The notes under the pieces: model-generated | The model's input: only the letters and a program-made list of their open reading frames with translations | What the model was told of the DNA's origin: nothing | Databases searched by the model: none | Part shown: positions 7,947 through 14,677 of the stretch, in pieces | Numbering within the stretch: the stretch's first letter is position 1 | Layout: the number at the start of each line of letters is the position of its first letter | Program-made: the position numbers and the translations under genes | NCBI GenBank assembly: GCA_964247135.1 | Contig: CAXTTL010000084.1 | Coordinates: 1-18,011 of the forward strand | Direction of reading: 5' to 3' | Origin: an uncultured Deinococcales bacterium | Lineage (GTDB): Bacteria; Deinococcota; Deinococci; Deinococcales; JAAFIG01 | Length of the DNA: 18,011 bases

Positions 7947-8864
7947 TTATGCCCCAATGCCGTACAACGGGTCGTCGTTGCCAATCGCCAGGCTCGTCAC
8001 CGAGAACAAAATGGTGCCGTCAAGCGGCGCAACCACACTTTGCAAAACCTTGCCGAACGGGTCGGTAATCACGCCCAAATCCTGCCCTTTTTTGACCTTG
8101 CCAAGGCGCATTTTGGGATACCACAAACCTGCAATTTCTGAACGCAACCAAGCGAATTGGGTCAATTCGGTACACACCACGGCGTCGGGCGTTCCCTCGA
8201 GCATCCCCAAATGCTGCATGGCGCGTCGCACACCGTTCTCGAGCATGTGAACGTCCTCAGTGGACCACAAGCCGTTGCCGCCCGCCTCAGCCAGAATTGC
8301 GGGAATGTTGGAGGCTCGGGCGGCGGAGGTGGTCGTGCCGCCTGGCGCGGCAGCCACCAACAATGGAATGCCGAACGCTCGGGCGAGCGCCAGGGATTCT
8401 GGGTGTTGTTCAGGGTAAATTGTGAACGGCTCGAGCGCCTCGATCATGTCGCCGCCGTGAAGATCAATGTAAGCATTGGCGGGTTGAATCGCGTTTTCGG
8501 TGATCCACGCCGCGAGTTGCTGCGAGAACGTGCCCTCATAATCGCCTGGAAACTGCCGGTTGAGGTTTTTGCCGTCCACAGGGTTGCTGTAAATGCTTCT
8601 GGCAAGATAGGCGGGCATACACACGATTGGCAAGACCACAAGCGTTCCAGAAATATCGGCGGGCGAAATTCTGGCAATGTTGACCGTCGCCGCGATGCTG
8701 GCGTATTCCGAACCGTGAATTCCCGCCGTGACGACCAGCATCGGTCCAGGTTTTTCGCCTTTGACCACCGTGTACGGCAGGTCAAACGGTGCGTCCAACT
8801 CGAGACGGACATAACCATTGATGCTCGAGCCTGGTTTGACGGTTGCAAACGGAATTTCACTCAT
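7947..8864 (-). CDS. Succinylglutamate desuccinylase/aspartoacylase family (M14-like) metallohydrolase
   Basis: AGIHGSE, NLNRQFPG, IDLHGG, AILAEAG and a C-terminal barrel-sandwich segment; GGAGG RBS. Confidence 0.88.
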   Translation of the reverse strand: MSEIPFATVKPGSSINGYVRLELDAPFDLPYTVVKGEKPGPMLVVTAGIHGSEYASIAATVNIARISPADISGTLVVLPIVCMPAYLARSIYSNPVDGKNLNRQFPGDYEGTFSQQLAAWITENAIQPANAYIDLHGGDMIEALEPFTIYPEQHPESLALARAFGIPLLVAAAPGGTTTSAARASNIPAILAEAGGNGLWSTEDVHMLENGVRRAMQHLGMLEGTPDAVVCTELTQFAWLRSEIAGLWYPKMRLGKVKKGQDLGVITDPFGKVLQSVVAPLDGTILFSVTSLAIGNDDPLYGIGA

Positions 8865-8904
8865 GATGCCTCCAATGGGCGATTAGAATCCGAATGATGC
8901 AAGT

Positions 8905-10494
8905 TTAGCGGGCGTTGAGCAATTCCCTGGCGTGCTCCACCGCCGCCCTCGAGTCCGAACCGGAGAGCATTCGAGCCAACTCGAGCACCCGATTTTCGCC
9001 GTTTAACTTTTCGACCACGACTTTGGTGCGTCCTTTGACCTCGAGCTTGCTGACCTTAAAATGCTGGGTGGCTCTTGCCGCAATTTGTGCCAGGTGCGTC
9101 ACGACCAAGACTTGATGGCTCGTGGACAATCGCTCGAGTTGTTCGCCGACCGCGATTGCCGCCGCGCCGCCGATGCCGGCGTCAACCTCGTCAAAAATCA
9201 CGCTCGGCGTGCCCGAACCCAGCACGCTCGAGAGTGCCAGCATGACGCGGGAAAGTTCGCCGCCAGAGGCAATCTTTGCCAGGCTCCCGAGCGGTTCGCC
9301 AGGGTTTGCACCGAACCGAATCTCGAGGTTCTCCGCGCCGTTGATGTTGGCGGGGCAGCTTTCAAAACCAAACTCGAGTCTGGCTTTGGGCATCCCGAGG
9401 CTTTGCACGATGCCCTCGAGTTGCGGCGTGACGCGTTTGGCGGTGTCGCGCCTGGCTTTGGAAAGTTTGCTTGCGAGCGTTTCCATTTGGTGTTGCAGCG
9501 GCTCGAGTTGACGTTCCAGATCGCTCGCATCCGATGCCGCACGGTCAAGGTCACCGAGTTCCGCCCGAAGTTCATTGGCGTACTCGAGCACCTCCAAAAG
9601 GGTTGCGCCGTACTTGGCTTTGAGTTTTTCAATCAGTGCCAGCCTCGATTCGACCGCGTCCAACGCCCCAGGTTCGAGGTTGGTGCGCTCGAGAACATCC
9701 CGCGCCTCGCTGGCGATGGCTTGAATGCTCGAGATCGCTTCACGCAAATCCGTGCCGAGTTGTGCGGCGCTGGCATCAAAGCGTGAGGCATTCGAGAGTG
9801 CCCTTGCCGCATCCGCCAGCAATGAAACCGCGTTGACCTCGGCATCCTCGAGCGAATCCACGGCAACGCCCATGTCCTGCGCGATTCGCTCGGCGTTCAA
9901 CAGTCTTTCGCGCTCGAGTCGAAGCGGTTGTTCTTGGCTCGCCTCGAGTTTGGCATCGTCAATTTCTTTGAGTTGATACATCAGCAAATCTGCACGTCGC
10001 GCCCGTTCGCGCTCACCCTCGCGGAGCGCCTCGAGTCTGGCGCTGGCTTCGGAAAAAGTCCTGAATGCGGCACGGTACTTCTCGAGGATTTCTTTGCTGC
10101 TCGCGTCCAAACCCGCGTCCAAAAACTCGCGGTGAAATTGTGGCTCGAGCAACGCCTGCGCCGCGTGCTGCCAGTGCACCGTGACCAAATCTGAGGCGAT
10201 GCTCGAGAGTTCACGGTTGGTCACGACCTCGGCATTGACCCGAGCCGTGCTGCGCCCGCCTGCTTGAATGCGCCGAGACAGCGTGGTGTTCTCCCAAAAA
10301 CCCGTCACCAGCAAACTGTCCTGCCCATGACGCACCAGTTCGGCATCGCCTCGAGCGCCAGTTAAAAGCCAAATCGCATCGACAATGATGCTTTTTCCCG
10401 CGCCCGTTTCGCCCGTAAACACGTTCAAGCCCGTGCCCAACTCGAGTTCGAGTGAATCGATGATCGCCAGGTTTTGAATCTCGAGACGCTGCAT
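8905..10494 (-). CDS. recN: DNA repair protein RecN
   Basis: Walker A TGETGAGKS, coiled coil, ANPGEP, ASGGELSR, IFDEVDAGIGG, VTHLAQIAA. Start at ATG 10494, 10 nt after TATACT. Confidence 0.96.
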   Translation of the reverse strand: MQRLEIQNLAIIDSLELELGTGLNVFTGETGAGKSIIVDAIWLLTGARGDAELVRHGQDSLLVTGFWENTTLSRRIQAGGRSTARVNAEVVTNRELSSIASDLVTVHWQHAAQALLEPQFHREFLDAGLDASSKEILEKYRAAFRTFSEASARLEALREGERERARRADLLMYQLKEIDDAKLEASQEQPLRLERERLLNAERIAQDMGVAVDSLEDAEVNAVSLLADAARALSNASRFDASAAQLGTDLREAISSIQAIASEARDVLERTNLEPGALDAVESRLALIEKLKAKYGATLLEVLEYANELRAELGDLDRAASDASDLERQLEPLQHQMETLASKLSKARRDTAKRVTPQLEGIVQSLGMPKARLEFGFESCPANINGAENLEIRFGANPGEPLGSLAKIASGGELSRVMLALSSVLGSGTPSVIFDEVDAGIGGAAAIAVGEQLERLSTSHQVLVVTHLAQIAARATQHFKVSKLEVKGRTKVVVEKLNGENRVLELARMLSGSDSRAAVEHARELLNAR

Positions 10495-10551
10495 GACTGC
10501 TTTCAGTATACTGGTGAAATTGATTGACAAGATGATGAGGAAAGTTTGGGT

Positions 10552-11583
10552 TTACCAGATTAGCCTCAAGTTATCGGTGTGGGTTTTGCATTGCATTAAA
10601 TGCGCTTTTTGATGACGACCAAACCAGAATGGGATGTGACTTTCGGAATCAAATTCAAAAATCATGTGCATTTCCTGTTGGCAGGTCGGGCAATTTGTTG
10701 TCAGTTTGTTGTAAGTCCAATCTGGATATCCAGCAAATCGAGCACCACCCATTTCTGGAGTAATAGCCCATTGCACCTCGTCATCATCGGAAATAAATCG
10801 TATGCCAAACTCTTCACAAATTACTTTGACCAAAATATCGTCCGCTTGGTCTTCTGGTAGCTCATAATTAATTCCATAGTTTGCATAGTCATCAATGTGA
10901 GGATTGTTTATTTCTTCCCTCCAACCCACAATCTTTTTTGCGGCGTAAGTGTTCTCTGGCAATTGTGCTACTCGAGCAGATATTTCGTCCATCTGAAGAA
11001 GGCGACAGACTTGATTTTCTTGAAATTGGAAGTACCCATTTTGTTCAGCGCAGTTATCGTCACAACATAAAAAAACTTGAATCAAGCCAACTCCGAACCT
11101 GTGAGGGATTTCAGTCGCAATTTGCTCAAGGTTCAGTTGCAACAGCAATTGTTGGGGTTTTTGGCATTTGGGACACTTAGGGATAGATTCATTTTTTCGC
11201 AGTGCTGGTACGCCCGCAAATTTGCTGTCTGTTAAATCGCCATCTGTATCTACAACGATTGGATACCAAGTGGCTAAACCATATTTTTGACGCCAAGGCT
11301 CAAAAGCAATTTCAACTTCTTCAAAATCCATTCGCTTGTAACGGGATTTCTTTTCACGTCCACCCATAACCGCATCGGTATATCCATTTTTTCGCTTTTC
11401 TTTGAGCTTTTTCTCGGCTTCAACTTTGGCTTTGTCAATACTCAAGAAGCTCTTAGTTTGAGTTTGTCCAGCATCTCCAATTCGTCCGTAACGAATGGTT
11501 AACTCGGTACTCTCGAGCGTGATTTCATAAAATTTGTGTTGTGTGCCATCACTAAACTCGAGATACCATTGCTGAGATTCCAT
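10552..11583 (-). CDS. WGR-domain / DUF1963 (YwqG-like) fusion protein
   Basis: N-terminal WGR domain (KFYEI..LTIRYGRIG..GQ..EKRKNGY). C-terminal SKFAGVP, LLLQLNL, GLIQVF, RFAGYPDW with two CxxC motifs. AT-rich compared with its neighbours. Confidence 0.8.
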   Translation of the reverse strand: MESQQWYLEFSDGTQHKFYEITLESTELTIRYGRIGDAGQTQTKSFLSIDKAKVEAEKKLKEKRKNGYTDAVMGGREKKSRYKRMDFEEVEIAFEPWRQKYGLATWYPIVVDTDGDLTDSKFAGVPALRKNESIPKCPKCQKPQQLLLQLNLEQIATEIPHRFGVGLIQVFLCCDDNCAEQNGYFQFQENQVCRLLQMDEISARVAQLPENTYAAKKIVGWREEINNPHIDDYANYGINYELPEDQADDILVKVICEEFGIRFISDDDEVQWAITPEMGGARFAGYPDWTYNKLTTNCPTCQQEMHMIFEFDSESHIPFWFGRHQKAHLMQCKTHTDNLRLIW

Positions 11584-11585
11584 GA

Positions 11586-11602
11586 TTACGATTTTAACGT
11601 AA
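11586..11602. promoter_or_regulatory. RDRM-like 17-bp operator overlapping the -10 box of the WGR gene
   Basis: TTACG-ATTTTAA-CGTAA, extendable to the perfect 9-bp inverted repeat ATGATTACG-N7-CGTAATCAT (11582-11606). Its centre holds TAAAAT on the minus strand, 7 nt before the ATG at 11583. Confidence 0.7.
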
Positions 11603-11690
11603 TCATTTGGTTTTGGACAACCACAAAGGGAAGTTTTTGCTGAAATGCTTCATCCCGTCAAACCCGTAAAACTTACGGTAAACTGGTGCA

Positions 11691-12776
11691 GTGCCTGTCG
11701 CCGAAAAAACATTTCAAATGCTCGAGTTCTTAAGCAAAATCGCGCAAACTCCAGCGCCAAGTTTTCTCGAGACGCCACGCTCGGACTTGATTTTGGAAAC
11801 TTGGGCATCGTTTGGTTTGCAACCAAGCCTCGACGAAATGGGCAATGTGATCGCCAAAGTTGCAGGCAAAAATAAAACTCGAGTGGCATTGTGTGCTCAC
11901 CTGGATACGGTTTTTGATCTGGGTACAGATTTAACGGTGCGTCAACAGGGACACCGTTTGGTTGGCGCTGGCATTGGCGATAACGCGGCAAGTTTAACGG
12001 TTCTCACCGCTTATGCCGAAAAACTGGCGCTCGAGGGTGCACCCTGCGAGGTCTGGTTGGTGGCAAGCACCTGTGAGGAGGGTCTGGGCGATTTGCGAGG
12101 CGCGAAACATTTCCTAAAAAATCATGCCGATCAACTCGATGTGTTTATTGCCGTGGACGGTTACATTGGACTGGTGGTCAACCAAGCCGTCGGCGTGCGC
12201 CGATACCGCGCCAATTTCTCGAGCGAAGGCGGGCACTCTTGGGGCAATGCGGGTTCACCCTCGAGCATTCACGGGCTGTCCGAGGCGGTGCATGAACTTT
12301 ACAAGCTGCCGCTCGAAAGCGACCCGCGCACGACCCTCAGCGTCGGCACGATCTCGGGTGGCACGAGCGTCAACAGCATCGCCGCCAACGCCGACCTGCT
12401 GCTCGACTTGCGAAGCCTCGATTCGGAATCCCTCGAGCAACTTGACCTTCAAGCCCGAGCCGCGATGTTGCGCGGCGCAAAACGTGCCAAGGTCGAATTG
12501 CAACTCGAGCAAGTCGGGAACCGCAGCGCGGGCAAAACCGACACCGCGCAACTGACCAACACCGCCATTCGGGTGCTCGAGCATCTGGGCATTGCCGCTC
12601 GAGCCGTGGCTTCCAGCACCGACGCGAACGCTGCGGTGCCGTTTCATATTCCAGCCATCGGCTTTGGCGTTTACAAGGGCGGGAACGCCCACCGCTTGGA
12701 CGAATGGGTTGATCCCAGCAGTTTGGTACTTGGGCTAAAGGCGCTCGAGGGATTTGTCAATCAACTTGCACTCTAA
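11691..12776 (+). CDS. M20/M25/M40 family metallo-hydrolase
   Basis: AHLDTV, GIGDN, TCEEGLGDLRG, GGHSW, GGTSVNSIA, STDAN, AHRLDEW. GTG start 6 nt after TAAACT. Confidence 0.9.
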   Translation: MPVAEKTFQMLEFLSKIAQTPAPSFLETPRSDLILETWASFGLQPSLDEMGNVIAKVAGKNKTRVALCAHLDTVFDLGTDLTVRQQGHRLVGAGIGDNAASLTVLTAYAEKLALEGAPCEVWLVASTCEEGLGDLRGAKHFLKNHADQLDVFIAVDGYIGLVVNQAVGVRRYRANFSSEGGHSWGNAGSPSSIHGLSEAVHELYKLPLESDPRTTLSVGTISGGTSVNSIAANADLLLDLRSLDSESLEQLDLQARAAMLRGAKRAKVELQLEQVGNRSAGKTDTAQLTNTAIRVLEHLGIAARAVASSTDANAAVPFHIPAIGFGVYKGGNAHRLDEWVDPSSLVLGLKALEGFVNQLAL

Positions 12777-12788
12777 CCTGGCTCGAGT

Positions 12789-13208
12789 TTAAAACAGGGT
12801 TTGTGCGCTTTTACTGATTTGCCAGCCGTGCCCACTGAGGTTCGTGCAACGCACACCCGCCGTACTCGAGTTGCAGACAAAGCCAGCCCACTTCCAGGTC
12901 GTGCCGTATTGCAAAGTGGTGTAGGCATCGGCAACGGTGTCGCCGTAACACAACCGAACGCTTTTGCCTTTAAGCGTCATTTCAAAGGCGCCGCCGTAAT
13001 CGAGCGTGCAATCTGTTGGTCGTGGCGGTATTTTGGCGTTGTTTTGCAAAATATCGCAGCGCAATGTTGTCCCGCTCGCGTCCATAAATCCGGCACAGTG
13101 AATGTTTTTGGATGGGGTTTGGAATCCGATCAGATTTGATGCTGCCGTGCTTGGCAAGCTCGAGAATCCAGAACCAAAAACGATCAAAATGACTAAGAAC
13201 TTTTTCAT
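12789..13208 (-). CDS. Secreted DUF6636-like cysteine-rich protein (in frame with the upstream ORF but with its own start)
   Basis: AGGAG RBS, ATG at 13208, signal peptide MKKFLVILIVF. FQTPSKNIHC..LRCDI..CYGDTV..LQYG..FVC..GVRCTN..GHG matches DUF6636 as I recall it. Confidence 0.7.
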   Translation of the reverse strand: MKKFLVILIVFGSGFSSLPSTAASNLIGFQTPSKNIHCAGFMDASGTTLRCDILQNNAKIPPRPTDCTLDYGGAFEMTLKGKSVRLCYGDTVADAYTTLQYGTTWKWAGFVCNSSTAGVRCTNLSGHGWQISKSAQTLF

Positions 13209-13766
13209 GTTCACTCCTGAAGCTCGAGGCTTTTGATTTTGAATCTCGGTGATGGTCTGTTGAGAATGGTCTGTAGTCTCAGACCATCCCCTACAAGAAT
13301 AGATTTTTTGGGAATGCTTGAACGATGCCGCAATTTTTGCCGCGATTGAATCATAGGTTTTCTTTTGGGTCAGGGGGTAGGTGATTAAAAAAGTTTTGTA
13401 CTCGTCGTCCTCAAACAAAACTTTTTGGTAAAAAACGTTTTTGTTCTCGATCCCCGAGATCACAAAAAAATCGGGTTTGAACAGCTTGTACGTCACCTTG
13501 CGGGTTTCGCTCGAGCTGCTTTCGGCGTTAAAGCGCGTCTCGAGTTTTTCCAGCAGGCTGTTGTTGCTGCCGTAGATGAGCATTTTAACCAGACCGTCTC
13601 GGCTTTTAAAAGTGCGTCCATCGTCGTTGTCGGAGGCTGGTTGCATGACAAATTGGCTGGGGTAATCGATGCAAAACGCAAACCTGGCATTGCAATAATG
13701 CAGCATCGTGCCTTGCGCCATCACGCTCGAGGCTAAAAACACCGACAGCGCCAAGCGTTTTTTCAT
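12789..13766 (-). CDS. Secreted hypothetical protein (YCNARF.FCIDYP type) that reads through into the DUF6636-like gene
   Basis: ATG 13766 overlaps the upstream TGA (ATGA); signal peptide MKKRLALSVFLASSVMA. The domain appears to end near AASFKHS (about 13310) with no stop codon. Confidence 0.65.
   Translation of the reverse strand: MKKRLALSVFLASSVMAQGTMLHYCNARFAFCIDYPSQFVMQPASDNDDGRTFKSRDGLVKMLIYGSNNSLLEKLETRFNAESSSSETRKVTYKLFKPDFFVISGIENKNVFYQKVLFEDDEYKTFLITYPLTQKKTYDSIAAKIAASFKHSQKIYSCRGWSETTDHSQQTITEIQNQKPRASGVNMKKFLVILIVFGSGFSSLPSTAASNLIGFQTPSKNIHCAGFMDASGTTLRCDILQNNAKIPPRPTDCTLDYGGAFEMTLKGKSVRLCYGDTVADAYTTLQYGTTWKWAGFVCNSSTAGVRCTNLSGHGWQISKSAQTLF
13251..13294 (-). repeat. GTAG-led REP-like hairpin of a second sequence type
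   Basis: Minus strand reads GTAG-GGGATGGTCTG-AGACTA-CAGACCATTCT, followed by a duplicated arm CAGACCATC. Confidence 0.5.
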
Positions 13767-14614
13767 GCGCCGCAACCGCTGCTGGCTTTGGAGACAAATT
13801 TCTTGCCGTCCCATTCCAAGATTTCAAAACTGTAACCCTCGTAATAGGAACCGTAAGCCACCATCTCGAGTTTGCCGTCGCCGTTGAGGTCGAGCAGTCC
13901 CGCAATGTCGTACAACTGTTCTAAATGGCGGTTGTCGGCTTCAACGGAAATGTCGTTTAAAACCACATCGTCACCCAAGCTGAGGGTTTGGACTTTGCCG
14001 GCAATGATTTTGCGCATCAGCACAAACGAGTAATCTCCCTTTTTACCGCCCGCCGGTGGGTAGTAATTGTTGCCAGACATTTCTTGGTAATGCCGTCCGA
14101 CCATAAAGACCTCGTCGGTGTTGTCGTTGTCAAAATCGGTTTTGATCACGCTGGTCAGTTTGACGAGCGTGTTTTTCAAGCCTTTTTTGGCTAGAAATTC
14201 GCTGGCAATGTTGACGTAAGCTTGCGAGGTATTGGGCAGTACCGTGATGGCTCGAGGGCGAGGATTCCAGGCGGCGCTGACCCCAATTTCAAAAGCTTTG
14301 GATTTGTGGCTGGGGGTCAGTGGGACGCTGAACGTCTCCTCGCAAGGGGCACCCATTGATTCGGGTTTACCAGCTTTGGCGCTGCCTGTTGCCCCAGCGT
14401 GCGAAAAAAACTTGAAGCTGTCGCCAGAAATGAGTTTTGCCGACTCTTGAGAATTCAACCATTTCTTGCCCGACAATGCGCCGACCACGTCGGGCGCGGA
14501 ACTGTCCCAGGGTCCAAGAGCGATCACCACGTTTTTAGTGTCACTCGCGCCCGAAACAAAACTCGAGCACAAGAGGAGTGTTAAGCCTGAAATGAGCAGC
14601 AAAGATTTTTTCAT
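13763..14614 (-). CDS. Secreted hypothetical protein with FG-GAP/VCBS-like Ca-binding loops
   Basis: Signal peptide MKKSLLLISG; DFDNDNTDE and DLNGDGKLE motifs; ends YYEG...GCGA. Start at ATG 14614 after GAAGGGA. Confidence 0.75.
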   Translation of the reverse strand: MKKSLLLISGLTLLLCSSFVSGASDTKNVVIALGPWDSSAPDVVGALSGKKWLNSQESAKLISGDSFKFFSHAGATGSAKAGKPESMGAPCEETFSVPLTPSHKSKAFEIGVSAAWNPRPRAITVLPNTSQAYVNIASEFLAKKGLKNTLVKLTSVIKTDFDNDNTDEVFMVGRHYQEMSGNNYYPPAGGKKGDYSFVLMRKIIAGKVQTLSLGDDVVLNDISVEADNRHLEQLYDIAGLLDLNGDGKLEMVAYGSYYEGYSFEILEWDGKKFVSKASSGCGA

Positions 14615-14677
14615 AAGTCCCTTCAGGCTAACACTGAATTGCAATTTGACCCGAGGCAAATCGAGCATTGAGGCTGT

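Noticed and set aside
11664-11678. Palindrome CCGTAA-AAC-TTACGG next to the M20 gene -10 box
   Set aside because: Only 6-bp arms and a single instance; no regulator can be assigned from the sequence.
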